47,813 nucleotides of DNA from a virus. Taxonomy: Duplodnaviria > Caudoviricetes. A program made the position numbers and the translations under genes. The notes beneath the pieces were generated by a model. It made no database searches and had not been told where the DNA came from. It saw only the letters and a list, made by a program, of their open reading frames with translations. The DNA is taken from positions 1-47,813 of IMG/VR virus record IMGVR_UViG_3300016474_000772, one strand, 5' to 3'. This document shows, in pieces, positions 1-10,027 of the stretch (its first letter is position 1; the number at the start of each line of letters is the position of its first letter).

Positions 1-275
1 GCATTTCTAGCCGAAGGTGGTACAACTCTAATTACTTTTAGATTATTACCGTAAGATAGAAAATTAGCTGCTGTAAAGAATGAAACGTATGTGTTACCGT
101 CAGGTTTACCAAAAGTTGAATACAAATTCTTTTCAGAATCTATAATTCTTACTTCATCCACCGGGCCCCAGGCAAAATGTCCTACAAAACCACCGGCAGT
201 TGTGGAAACACTAGGAACACTAAGTGTGTCATCTCTCTCAGTAACTAGTACGCCCGGCGAAAGTTGAAATGCCAT
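1..275 (-). CDS. gp18: Tail sheath protein, N-terminal part (runs off the window edge)
   Basis: Not in the ORF track. Manual translation from the ATG at 275 gives MAFQLSPGVLVTERDDTLSVPSVSTTAGGFVGHFAWGPVDEV..., the typical T4-like sheath N-terminus. SD AGGAGA at 281-286; follows gp17. Confidence 0.93.
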   Translation of the reverse strand, partial: MAFQLSPGVLVTERDDTLSVPSVSTTAGGFVGHFAWGPVDEVRIIDSEKNLYSTFGKPDGNTYVSFFTAANFLSYGNNLKVIRVVPPSARN

Positions 276-324
276 CTTAATCTCCTAAAGATTTTTAAAG
301 TCGTATAACAACTTAATTACTATT

Positions 325-332
325 TATTTATA
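325..332 (-). promoter_or_regulatory. T4-type late promoter (TATAAATA) upstream of gp18
   Basis: tatttata on + equals TATAAATA on -, in the gp17-gp18 intergenic gap; gp33 is encoded in the window. Confidence 0.75.
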
Positions 333-343
333 AATATGGGAGA

Positions 344-2041
344 TTAGACATTCTCAAGCATCTTTCTTCGCATCTTTTCCATTGCCTCTTGCGGATTGAA
401 ATTAAACCATACATCGTCACCTATCTTTTCTGGTTTATTATCTTCTGGTATTCCAGTATTTACAATACCAAATGGGGTTAAATTTTCCTCAATTTGCTTT
501 GTTTGCTGCTCATATAGAGCTAATCTTAGATTTGAATTAGTTAATTCTTTGAAGTATAATTCGTTAGTAGCCCAAGAAAATAGAACCAACGACATTACCA
601 AATCATCGTGATACCCTTCGTCTGCCTTAAAACTACCTTTTTGTTCTGTAAATGTCGATATTTCAGAAATTATATCTTTATCCGTAATCAATAATTTTTG
701 TGTTTCGACCAAATTCTTAAATAACGAACATCCTAATCTCTTTACCTGTGTAGTAGTTCTCAATCCTAACGTGCTTCCAGTACCAAAACCCCCAGATAAA
801 AATTGTCTTGCTTTACCGCTGGCAGTAGCAAAAATATTTTCATACTCAAGATCAGTATATAGAGAATCAACTACTTGTTGGCCTATGTCGTTAGTTTCAA
901 CTAAACAGAACGCATCATTATAATCTCTAGCCACTTTATAGATAACTGTAGCATATAACAATGGACTTATCTTATTGTTTCTATATTTGGCTACTATTCT
1001 ATATGGATACTGAGTAACATCCATTACAGTAAACGCAGAATAATCTCCACCGACACCCCTAGATGTATCAGCAGAAATAACGTAAGTATGAGGTTTTCTA
1101 GCTACCTCACCTTTGTCATTTAGTAGCCCTCTAATTGGCTCTTCTATAACATCAAGTCCTTCATTTTCAAATACATATGGTAGTGGTGACATTCTCATTA
1201 TTGCATCAGGTGAAATAAGAGTATTAGATGAGCCAAGGAATCTACATAAAACTTCTTGATTAAATTTTAATTCGCCAAGCAGTGCTTTTTGCTGAGCAGC
1301 CCATTCCTCAGTTCTACCAGGTATCCTAGAGTAAGGAATGAATAAAGATTTGAAGCCGTTGGTTCCTTGCTCAGCATCATTCCAGAACTTCCAAAAATGA
1401 TTATATCCTAATGGAGTTGATGTGAGAAGAATCTTTGTAGTTTCGCCTGCTGAAATCGTTGGATATACTGAAGTAAAGAAATCCTCAGCTACATTGTTTG
1501 GTATAATAGCTGCCTCATCAATATACAACCAGTTTACAGATTTACCTCGAATACCCGAAGAACTTGTTGCTGCAGTAAACACTCTAGATCCGTTTTCTAA
1601 TTCTATGTCACCCTTATTAAATGTCTTTACGCCTTGCTGCATCCATAGGGGCAACGCTTCATACATTATTTGATATCTATATAAAACTTCTCTTGCAGCT
1701 GAAGATTTGTTGGCTAGAATAGCCACTGTCTTTGATTCTTGAAATAAAGTATACCATAAAATACAAGCTGCAGCTGTAATAGTTTTACCTTGCTGTCGCC
1801 CTTCCATTAAAATTACTTTACGATTATTAAGTATTACATCTACTTTTTCTTTTTGGCAATCATAAAGTTTAAATGGAACCAATCCTTGATCTAAAGAAAC
1901 TATCATACAGTAAGCTTCTATAAAGTAGATTGGATCCTGAGAACACTTAATTATCTCTTTTACTTGTTCTGGAGTGTAATTGATCACTGTCCCAATCTGT
2001 TTAAGATTGGGGTTGCCATTGTAGGAGATCTTTTTATTCAT
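344..2041 (-). CDS. gp17: Terminase large subunit
   Basis: YNGNPNLK N-terminus, Walker A GRQQGKT, Walker B LYIDEAA, STPLG motif, nuclease motifs ADTSRGVGGDYS and HDDLVM. Confidence 0.97.
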   Translation of the reverse strand: MNKKISYNGNPNLKQIGTVINYTPEQVKEIIKCSQDPIYFIEAYCMIVSLDQGLVPFKLYDCQKEKVDVILNNRKVILMEGRQQGKTITAAACILWYTLFQESKTVAILANKSSAAREVLYRYQIMYEALPLWMQQGVKTFNKGDIELENGSRVFTAATSSSGIRGKSVNWLYIDEAAIIPNNVAEDFFTSVYPTISAGETTKILLTSTPLGYNHFWKFWNDAEQGTNGFKSLFIPYSRIPGRTEEWAAQQKALLGELKFNQEVLCRFLGSSNTLISPDAIMRMSPLPYVFENEGLDVIEEPIRGLLNDKGEVARKPHTYVISADTSRGVGGDYSAFTVMDVTQYPYRIVAKYRNNKISPLLYATVIYKVARDYNDAFCLVETNDIGQQVVDSLYTDLEYENIFATASGKARQFLSGGFGTGSTLGLRTTTQVKRLGCSLFKNLVETQKLLITDKDIISEISTFTEQKGSFKADEGYHDDLVMSLVLFSWATNELYFKELTNSNLRLALYEQQTKQIEENLTPFGIVNTGIPEDNKPEKIGDDVWFNFNPQEAMEKMRRKMLENV

Positions 2042-2432
2042 TACTCTTTTTTAACAACTTCATCAAGTCTGCAGTTGAGCCGGCAAACACTACATTATTC
2101 TGAGTACCAATACTTGGTTTACTATCAGTATCGTCTAGGTCCTTTACTCTTTTCTGCAATTCCAATAAATCTTTGGCAACATCAGACATAGTTTTAATTA
2201 ATTGCCCAGCTACTTCATATGTTCTTGGGTGCTCAGAATTTTTAGCTAAATTAATCATCTCATCTAAAGTGTCCTCACCTTTTACGATAAGCTTTCTAAG
2301 AGTTGATCTAGCTAATTGATAATCATCCTGTTTGTCTAATTCTATAGATGAACTATTAGATAAGGCTGGAAGAAGCTCCTCTTGTTTATTTTCTATATTG
2401 AATAGAGCATTCAATTCTGGTATATTTTTCAT
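2034..2432 (-). CDS. gp16: Terminase small subunit
   Basis: DDYQLAR...HPRTYEVAGQLIK...NNVVFAGSTADL motifs; directly upstream of gp17. Confidence 0.92.
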   Translation of the reverse strand: MKNIPELNALFNIENKQEELLPALSNSSSIELDKQDDYQLARSTLRKLIVKGEDTLDEMINLAKNSEHPRTYEVAGQLIKTMSDVAKDLLELQKRVKDLDDTDSKPSIGTQNNVVFAGSTADLMKLLKKSNE

Positions 2433-3184
2433 TAAAAATCTTCAAATGTCTCGAGAAAATCTATATCATCACCTGGTTTAGCTGTTCTTGGATCAGGTTC
2501 AACTGTATAAATTTGTTGTCTGTTAGTTAATTCTTGATTAGAAAATGTTGTAGCAATTACCCGTTTAATTACTCCTGTTTTATTAACCGGCCCATAAAAG
2601 TTTAATTTCATTATAAAACTTAGTGTCCAAATAATGGAACGTCTATTAGCAAAATCACCATCATACTGATCATCATATTCTATATTCTGTAATAATATAG
2701 GCAAATCATTTTTGATATCTAATAATGGAATAGCTTTTAAAGTTAGATTATAATCAGGATTAAAGTAAGGTAAAATCTGTTCTATAATCTGTAGCCCATC
2801 ATCTTGATTCTTAGAATAAACATAAAGATTTAAAGAAATATTATATGGTGTAGGCGCATACTGACTATTCAAAGTAGTTGTTGTAGAATTAATATTTCTG
2901 TTCTGCTGTATCGGACTAATTTTTCTAGCAGGATCATACTGTATCCCAACCATTTCAAAAGACATTCTAGGTAAAACAATCTGTAGTTTATTATCTTCTA
3001 AAACAGGTTGTTGCACAATTCTTTGTATAAATTTTTGTTTCGGCGCATATGCAAGCGGCACTTTAATAGTCTGAACTTTATTTGATCCGGCATCCAATCT
3101 ATCAATAGTAATATTATTGAAGGTATTACCAAAACCAATAATAGCTTTTCTGATAGTACCCCAATAAAAATATTCGTTCAACAT
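2432..3184 (-). CDS. gp15: Tail sheath stabiliser / tail terminator
   Basis: YFYWGTIRK..FGNTFN, KVPLAYAPKQKF, LPRMSFE, QIIEQILPYFNP motifs; synteny. Confidence 0.93.
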   Translation of the reverse strand: MLNEYFYWGTIRKAIIGFGNTFNNITIDRLDAGSNKVQTIKVPLAYAPKQKFIQRIVQQPVLEDNKLQIVLPRMSFEMVGIQYDPARKISPIQQNRNINSTTTTLNSQYAPTPYNISLNLYVYSKNQDDGLQIIEQILPYFNPDYNLTLKAIPLLDIKNDLPILLQNIEYDDQYDGDFANRRSIIWTLSFIMKLNFYGPVNKTGVIKRVIATTFSNQELTNRQQIYTVEPDPRTAKPGDDIDFLETFEDF

Positions 3185-3933
3185 TATTTGTATACCTCAC
3201 CGAATGGATTTCTTTCAGTGAAATCTAAAATATCATCTATTCCAACATCAAAATCTTCGTTATCAGCTGCAGGATCCTTAGTTTGTGTAGTATAGGTTTC
3301 CAAAACTAAAGGTGATTCTGAAGTGTATTCTAATAATAATGGATCACCGCTTTCCAAATGAAATTCAAATTGTTCTGTATCTAATCTTGTTTCATCGTAA
3401 ATAGTATCAATGTCTTCTACACCTGTATCAATAACCTCATTTGAGTATTGATACAATTCACAATCCATTTTAAATACGTATAGTTTTCCTACCTGAAAAA
3501 ATGGATCTTCCGCATATACTTTTCTAATCTCAAAAACAGATTTAGTTAATGGGAAATAAATTAGATCGCCTTCAGCAGGTCTTAATTCTAATATGGTATT
3601 ACCAAATCTGCCAACCGTTTCAGTCCATCTTCTTCTGGATACTACAAATTTGGCAGTATCTCTTAATTCGACACCAAATTTAGTTAGAAGTTCACCTTCG
3701 CCTTCAAAGCCTTGAACGTTTTCCATATACATTTCAATTGGATAAGCATGCTCAAATTTATTAAGGGCATCCTCACCAAAAATGATATCCTCATTTACCT
3801 TTTTTCTAGGCATATAGAATACTTCAAACCCATATATTCTCATGCTCTCAATAATCAAATCCTCATAGAGCAGTTGTTCTGATCTACGACCTATAGGTAT
3901 ACCTGAATGGAAATAAGGATTGACTGTTGGCAT
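3184..3933 (-). CDS. gp14: Neck protein
   Basis: EQLLYEDLIIESMRIYG, RPAEGDLIYFP and the C-terminal DFTERNPFG. Confidence 0.93.
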   Translation of the reverse strand: MPTVNPYFHSGIPIGRRSEQLLYEDLIIESMRIYGFEVFYMPRKKVNEDIIFGEDALNKFEHAYPIEMYMENVQGFEGEGELLTKFGVELRDTAKFVVSRRRWTETVGRFGNTILELRPAEGDLIYFPLTKSVFEIRKVYAEDPFFQVGKLYVFKMDCELYQYSNEVIDTGVEDIDTIYDETRLDTEQFEFHLESGDPLLLEYTSESPLVLETYTTQTKDPAADNEDFDVGIDDILDFTERNPFGEVYK

Positions 3934-3942
3934 TCTTTTCTA

Positions 3943-3971
3943 TTGACAATGTATTGACATGGTGTTACTAT
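3943..3971 (+). promoter_or_regulatory. Sigma70-type promoter antisense to the late operon
   Basis: TTGACA (3943-3948), 17 nt spacer, TACTAT (3966-3971) with an extended -10 TG; a second TTGACA at 3954-3959. Confidence 0.55.
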
Positions 3972-3992
3972 TTGCTATGAGCCTAGATGATA

Positions 3993-4736
3993 TTAGCCTA
4001 CAAACATATCTACTGGTAATTCGAATCTAGATTGCATATCATCTTCAATTGCTTTTATTTCAGCTATAGCTTCTTGATAAATTGTATCTCCATTAAGTGT
4101 TAATCCTCCTGGTAATTGAACACCGGAAAACTTCTTCAAATTAACACCCCATTGTCTTTTTATAAGAGCAGTAGTATATTTCTTTAGAAACATATCATCA
4201 TAAACATCGGTATAAGTATTCGGATCCAATATTCTGTAGCATTCAGCAATCGCAAAGCTACCTGGATCAATATCTGCTTCCCAATCCCAATCAATGTATA
4301 GACGATTCATGTGTCTATTAAATCTAACAGGTTTTTGACCTACTAGTAATTGATTTATCAATTCTAATTCCATTTTAACCATAGAATAATAAATTAAATC
4401 AGTAGACATTAAAGAATACAAATCATTTATTAGAATTTGATATCTAATATCAAACATATTCAATCCTCTTGTTCTATTAGTAAGAGGCAGTATTCTATTC
4501 ACACCAACAACCATATCGCTTACAGATACGTATTTGTTGGTAATGTCTTCTTGGGTAAATTCTATTTTTAAATATACCAATTCTACAGCATCATAATGAT
4601 ACTCTCTATAGAATTGAAAAGCTTCGTCAATTCTATCTTCTACTTGATCATCATCCACATTTATTTCTATAACCGGATGCCCTAGATTACGAAGGCAGTA
4701 ATCTTTAAGTTGTTCTCTTGAAGTGACTTTAGCCAT
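3993..4736 (-). CDS. gp13: Neck protein
   Basis: SREQLKDYCLRNLGHPVIEINVDDDQVEDRIDEA; KRQWGVNLKKFSGVQLPGG. Confidence 0.94.
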   Translation of the reverse strand: MAKVTSREQLKDYCLRNLGHPVIEINVDDDQVEDRIDEAFQFYREYHYDAVELVYLKIEFTQEDITNKYVSVSDMVVGVNRILPLTNRTRGLNMFDIRYQILINDLYSLMSTDLIYYSMVKMELELINQLLVGQKPVRFNRHMNRLYIDWDWEADIDPGSFAIAECYRILDPNTYTDVYDDMFLKKYTTALIKRQWGVNLKKFSGVQLPGGLTLNGDTIYQEAIAEIKAIEDDMQSRFELPVDMFVG

Positions 4737-5065
4737 TACTTTGTTACCTCTGGGTAAACTGTTATTATGCCTTCTTGAACTCTGTAAACATTATTATTAT
4801 CAAATAATTCTATGTCATATACATATCTACCATATTTAAGATTGGCAGTTTCGCCTGCAGTCAAAGATATAGTAATATTACCATTAGTATTACTGTTTAC
4901 TACAGAAGTAAATGTAGTGGCATTAGAGCTATAATAAGAACGTTTCATCATAGCTCTTGGTGTTAGACCAGCAATATTTACTACATTTTTATTTTTATCT
5001 TTATAGATAACATATTCAACAAATGTAGTGCCCTGGTCTATTACTAAATTTTTTACTGTTGCCAT
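4736..5065 (-). CDS. Small virion structural protein (beta-sandwich, BppU-like)
   Basis: NLVIDQGTTF...GRYVYDIEL...EGIITVYPEVTK pattern, common next to gp13 in T4-like phages. Confidence 0.7.
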   Translation of the reverse strand: MATVKNLVIDQGTTFVEYVIYKDKNKNVVNIAGLTPRAMMKRSYYSSNATTFTSVVNSNTNGNITISLTAGETANLKYGRYVYDIELFDNNNVYRVQEGIITVYPEVTK

Positions 5066-5068
5066 TTA

Positions 5069-8000
5069 TTAACCGCAATAATAGATTACTGCTATCTGTT
5101 TAACTTCTGAAGAAGAGGAGAATGTAACAGCTTCTCTAGCTTTGCCTACAGTATAATTTCTTATGATATCATCAGCTTGTTTCATTCCTTTACCTGGCAT
5201 TGAGGATGTGGTAATTAAGTCACCGATTTCTATATCCCCGCCTTCGCCGCAAACATTAACTAAACCCTCGCCTAAAGAATTAATATTAATGTATTTGTGG
5301 CTCATGTGTATATCTAAGAATTGTTCTGCAATAACTAATTTTGTTGTTGTAGAATTTGTATTTAAAGGCGTTTCGTCAAATTCGCCTGTTTCATTGTTAA
5401 ATACTGAAGTTTTATTATTATTTTCAGTACTAATTGTTTGGAAGACTGAAACCGATGTGGGCGTAGTATTAGCATCAGCAACAGATACAGTGTGAGTATA
5501 AATACCAACCACAGCTTTCTGATTAGGAGCTGATGATAAAGCTACCTTTGTTATCGCATCACTTATAGTTTTCTTAGAAATAACTTGTACATCTATCATT
5601 ATATCGCCTGGTTCAGGTGTTACTTCAACATCTAAATACGCATCATGTGAGCCGGTGAATGGTGCTACTGTACCCGCAGCTGTATAAAAAGAATGACCCC
5701 CGCCTGTGGCTACCCAACCTTGTGCACATACAGATCCGCTAGAATTAAACGCGGATCCGACCATACCATATTTTTCAAATGTGGCTGATCCTTGATCATT
5801 GGCTAGTATAGCTTGAACCGACGTTACCGCTGAACCAGCAAACAATGTTGTAGACTGTAACCCAAACATTCTACAAGCAGCACCACATCTAAATCCTATA
5901 ATAGTTTCTTGTTTTGGATTTAAAGATGCATCATAAGTAACACTACTAAAGCTAGAATATGTAGCAGTTGCGCCTCCACTGGAACCTGCTAATGTGGAAA
6001 ATACTCTCGGTGAAGCAAAACCATCATGTGTAGCGAAATGTCCAGCACATGATCCTAATCCACAATTAGTTCCTGCGGCGCCATAGAATAAATTAAGTAT
6101 CCCACCTGTGTTAGTATATTGTGTCGAAAAAATGGCACCATTACATTCTGCAAAAACGTTAAGAGATTTCCATGTACCACCATAGGCAGTAGTTAAAGTT
6201 TTACCAAAAATTCCAGCAGCACCTTGTGTAGTTCCTCCTGCTCTATTTCCTGCAACTAAACCATAACCACATGTAGCATGATCAAAAATGCCTGTAAATT
6301 TACCACAATCTGAATTAGAAAATACACCTTGCGCGGGATATGTTTTGCCGCCTACTGTAATAGATGCGCCCGCACCCAAAGCAAAACTACCATCAGTTAA
6401 TGAAACAGTACCAGATGCTATTCTATCAGCACTTAAGGTTCCTGCACAAATGCATGATCCACTTATACCTTCAGATGCCAATTTAGCTGTTGTAATTGCT
6501 CCAGCGTTAATTTTATCAGCAGTTATTGCGCTAGTAGCAATTTTAGCTGCACTAATAGATCCAGTTACAACTAATCCTCCATCTATGTATGCAGATATTA
6601 CAGCCCATGCTGTACCGTCCCAGAATCTAGTTTGAGAGAATGTGCCAGTAGTATTGTAAAGTACAACTTCGTCTCTGGTAAATGGTCCTCCGAGTCCTAA
6701 TTCAGTGATTGCGGTAGTAGCTGCATTATCATCCCAAGCGTTATAGCCAGACTTAGCTACTCTCAAATAACCTCTTCTACCTGCAGATCCATTAGTACCA
6801 TTTGTTCCATTAGTCCCACTAGTACCGTTTTGACCATTAGTTCCGCTTGTACCGTTAGTGCCATTTTGGTATGCTATTCTAGGTGTATTCCAAGTAGTTG
6901 CTGTAACTGTGGCATTAATAGTACTTGTGCTAAATAAAAATGAAGCAAACCAAGTAGGAGTAGTTGAACCCGATGGAGCAGTATTAGACCATCCGCTTGG
7001 GGCAATCAATTGACTAGTTGCAAAATTAAATGTACCGCCAGTTGGTGTTGCAGGTTGAGACGCTGATTGTTGATAAATTATTCCAGCGAAGAAAGTACTA
7101 CCATCACTTTGTAGTCTTGCAAATATATATGGGTCACTCCATGTTCCTCCAGTAACCGTGCCGGTACCAGCAAAGGTATAGTGTACTCCCCACGTCGGGG
7201 TAGTATTAGTAACTGGTGCGGTATTAGACCAGAGAGATGGGGCCAATAATTGATTAGTTGTAAAGTTATATGAACCACCAGTTGGTGCGATTGGCGTTGT
7301 CGCACTTTGTCTATAAACTGTTCCGGTAAAGGCTCCTGAGCCAGGTGTGCCAGTGGAACCTTTTTCTAAGAATAATGTCCACCCTGATGCAGTTCTAATA
7401 TAGTTATTGCCATCAGTAGTATTTCTATAAACAGAATTAATATTAGTGCCACCTGTAGCAGCAGTTGCAGCCGCATCATTGGCATAAGCACCTATGTAAG
7501 TAATAACGTTTGCTGCACTACTTCCAAGCCCTGCTAAAGTTGTGGTAGTACCATTACTTAATGCTAAAACAAGAGTATTACTAATGAAACCAGACCCTAA
7601 AAGTATGTCGCCTGCTGCGTCTCTAACGATCAGACCTCTGGTATCTATTTTTGCAGCTGTTACAGCATTTGCTGCTATTTTGTCTGTAGTTATAGCATTT
7701 GTTTGAATAGCATTTGCATAAACAGCATTAGCAGCCAATTGAATTGCTGTAATGGAATTTGCTGCTATGGTATTAGCTGTTACTGCATTAGCTTGTAATG
7801 CTCCAGCATAAATTGAATTTGCTGCGATCTTTACTGAGGTAATTGCATTTGCAGCAACTTTGTCTGCTGTAATCGCATTTGTTTGTATAGCATTAGCATA
7901 AACAGCATTAGCTGCCAACTGTACTGCAGTAATGGAATTAGCCGCAATAGTGTTTGCTGTTACTGCATTAGCTTGTAATGCTCCAGCATAAATTGAATTA

Positions 8001-9805
8001 GCTGCTATTTTAACAGATGTTATTGCATTGGCTGCTATTTTATCTGAAGTGATGGCGTTGGATTCAATGGCATTTGCATAAACTGCATTTGCTGCGATTT
8101 GCACTGCAGTAATCGCATTTGCTGCAATACTACTTGTTGTTATAGAATTGGCCTGCAGAGCATTTGCATATATCGAATTTGCCGCAATTTGTACTGCAGT
8201 AATCGCATTGGCAGCTATCTTGTCTGTAGTGATAGCATTTGATTGTATCGCATTTGCATATACAGCATTTGCTGCTAATTGAACTGCTGTTATTGAATTT
8301 GCTGCTATTTTAGCAGCTGTGACTGCGTTGGCTTGAATTGCTTCTGCGTAGACTGCACCTGTAGCTATTTTAGCCGCAGTTACTACATTGGCTTGTAATG
8401 CTTCTGTGTATACAGCTAGTGTGGCAATTTTATCTGCTGTAATAGCACCAGCTGCTAATTCAGTTGTGGAAACCGCTGCCGCAGCAATTTTACCAGCTAC
8501 AATAGCATTGGCAGCTATAACTGCTGCTACTAAAGATTCTGCTGCGATTTGATCAGAGCTAATTACCCCAGCTGCGATAGTTCCTGCTACTACAGCGTTT
8601 GCTGCAATTTTACCTGCAGTAATAGCATTCGCTGCTATCTCAGAAGCGCCTATAGCCCCAGCAGCAATTTTGCCTGCAATTATAGCACCTGAAACTATTT
8701 TTTGTGCTGTAATAACGTTGTCTTGTAAAGCGGCAGAATTAACTGATCCTGCGCCTAAACTAGCTGATCCTGACCCAATAATATAACTATTATAGTTGTT
8801 CCAAGCGCCGCCTACATTAATATATAAATTACTATCCGCGTTCCAAAATAAAGTTCTGCCTGCCAATGATGTTGCCGGATTTGGTAAACTTGCGCCATAA
8901 TATACTTCAATACCGGTCAATGCATTTGCTGATGGAGTCAAAACTTCTGTAGCTGACCTAAAATCTCCGTTGTTATAAATGTATAACGCACTATTATATA
9001 AAACTTGACGACCTTCAAAATTGCCTGTTACCGGTAATTCATCTACAACTTGTACACTTGAAAGAGAATTGGCATTTCTAGATAATTCTCTGGGATTAAT
9101 CCAAGCGGTACCATTCCAAACATATAACCCCCCATCAGTAGCATTAAAAACTACATGTCCATTACTGTATCCGGGTGTTGATAGGTTGTTTACTATAGAA
9201 ACTGGGGGTGTGGCATTTGAAGAAATACTTGTAATTAAATTTGTGACGTTTGCTAATGCTGAATAGTTTATATTCGCTAAAGCAGAATTCAAATTATCTA
9301 GGTTTACAGAGCCTACTGTAGCTAGAGCATTATTCAATCTATCTAGATTTACACTAGAAAGATTTGCTAAAGCATTGCCTAAAGATGTTAAATTGACGTA
9401 GCCAACCGTAGATAAAGCATTATTTAAATTAGTTAAACTTACACTACTTACATTAGCTAGTTCAGAATATAGTCTAGTTAAATTGACATAACCAACCGTA
9501 GTCAACGCATTGTTTAGGTTTGTTAAACTAACACTATTTACATTGGCAAGTTCTGAATATAACCTACTAAGATTAACTACTGATAAATTAGCTAATGTGC
9601 TATTTAAAAATGTTAAATCTACAGATTGGGCACTTCCTGCTAATGTAGCATAAGCAGCCGGGCCTCCGTTCCCGCTTCCTCCACCTCCAATATTCGAACT
9701 TAGAATAAAGGCAAAATTGTCATTAATTTTTTGAAAGGCGGTTCGTATCGGATCACCAGATCCGTCGTTAGCATTTACACCTACGTTTACGTTACTAAAT
9801 GACAT
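5069..9805 (-). CDS. Long tail fibre / baseplate-attached fibre protein
   Basis: gp9/gp10-like N-terminal anchor (NVGVNANDGSGDPIRTAFQKINDNF), 15-aa helical repeats, a long ANAITAxKIA repeat shaft, collagen-like GTN triplets, a Cys-bearing distal domain and a C-terminal chaperone-like domain (FTGSH...GDLITTS...IYYCG). Confidence 0.82.
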   Translation of the reverse strand: MSFSNVNVGVNANDGSGDPIRTAFQKINDNFAFILSSNIGGGGSGNGGPAAYATLAGSAQSVDLTFLNSTLANLSVVNLSRLYSELANVNSVSLTNLNNALTTVGYVNLTRLYSELANVSSVSLTNLNNALSTVGYVNLTSLGNALANLSSVNLDRLNNALATVGSVNLDNLNSALANINYSALANVTNLITSISSNATPPVSIVNNLSTPGYSNGHVVFNATDGGLYVWNGTAWINPRELSRNANSLSSVQVVDELPVTGNFEGRQVLYNSALYIYNNGDFRSATEVLTPSANALTGIEVYYGASLPNPATSLAGRTLFWNADSNLYINVGGAWNNYNSYIIGSGSASLGAGSVNSAALQDNVITAQKIVSGAIIAGKIAAGAIGASEIAANAITAGKIAANAVVAGTIAAGVISSDQIAAESLVAAVIAANAIVAGKIAAAAVSTTELAAGAITADKIATLAVYTEALQANVVTAAKIATGAVYAEAIQANAVTAAKIAANSITAVQLAANAVYANAIQSNAITTDKIAANAITAVQIAANSIYANALQANSITTSSIAANAITAVQIAANAVYANAIESNAITSDKIAANAITSVKIAANSIYAGALQANAVTANTIAANSITAVQLAANAVYANAIQTNAITADKVAANAITSVKIAANSIYAGALQANAVTANTIAANSITAIQLAANAVYANAIQTNAITTDKIAANAVTAAKIDTRGLIVRDAAGDILLGSGFISNTLVLALSNGTTTTLAGLGSSAANVITYIGAYANDAAATAATGGTNINSVYRNTTDGNNYIRTASGWTLFLEKGSTGTPGSGAFTGTVYRQSATTPIAPTGGSYNFTTNQLLAPSLWSNTAPVTNTTPTWGVHYTFAGTGTVTGGTWSDPYIFARLQSDGSTFFAGIIYQQSASQPATPTGGTFNFATSQLIAPSGWSNTAPSGSTTPTWFASFLFSTSTINATVTATTWNTPRIAYQNGTNGTSGTNGQNGTSGTNGTNGTNGSAGRRGYLRVAKSGYNAWDDNAATTAITELGLGGPFTRDEVVLYNTTGTFSQTRFWDGTAWAVISAYIDGGLVVTGSISAAKIATSAITADKINAGAITTAKLASEGISGSCICAGTLSADRIASGTVSLTDGSFALGAGASITVGGKTYPAQGVFSNSDCGKFTGIFDHATCGYGLVAGNRAGGTTQGAAGIFGKTLTTAYGGTWKSLNVFAECNGAIFSTQYTNTGGILNLFYGAAGTNCGLGSCAGHFATHDGFASPRVFSTLAGSSGGATATYSSFSSVTYDASLNPKQETIIGFRCGAACRMFGLQSTTLFAGSAVTSVQAILANDQGSATFEKYGMVGSAFNSSGSVCAQGWVATGGGHSFYTAAGTVAPFTGSHDAYLDVEVTPEPGDIMIDVQVISKKTISDAITKVALSSAPNQKAVVGIYTHTVSVADANTTPTSVSVFQTISTENNNKTSVFNNETGEFDETPLNTNSTTTKLVIAEQFLDIHMSHKYININSLGEGLVNVCGEGGDIEIGDLITTSSMPGKGMKQADDIIRNYTVGKAREAVTFSSSSEVKQIAVIYYCG
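7650..8720 (-). repeat. Tandem 10-aa coding repeats (ANAITAxKIA; 30- and 60-aa higher-order period) in the fibre shaft
   Basis: Visible in the translation; 44-bp identical blocks at 7776-7819 and 7956-7999, 180 bp apart. Confidence 0.9.
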
Positions 9806-10027
9806 TTATTTATCCGTCGAATTAGAATTAACTAATTTAATAAGCAAAGATTTAATATCTGCTATATCAGATTTCATAATATTTATTTCATCAGTTAAGT
9901 TGTTTACTTTGCTACTAAGCCTCTTTTTGTTTCTGTATTCTGTTAGTGCTGCCACGTCAGTATTGACCAATGAATTATTCATTATATTTTTTTTGAATTG
10001 GTTCTCATCTTCTAATTTTACTAACAT
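9806..10027 (-). CDS. Small coiled-coil hypothetical protein
   Basis: Tightly packed ORF; the C-terminal heptad pattern (EINIMKSDIADIKSLL) resembles the small gene that follows VrlC-like genes in T4-like phages. Confidence 0.7.
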   Translation of the reverse strand: MLVKLEDENQFKKNIMNNSLVNTDVAALTEYRNKKRLSSKVNNLTDEINIMKSDIADIKSLLIKLVNSNSTDK

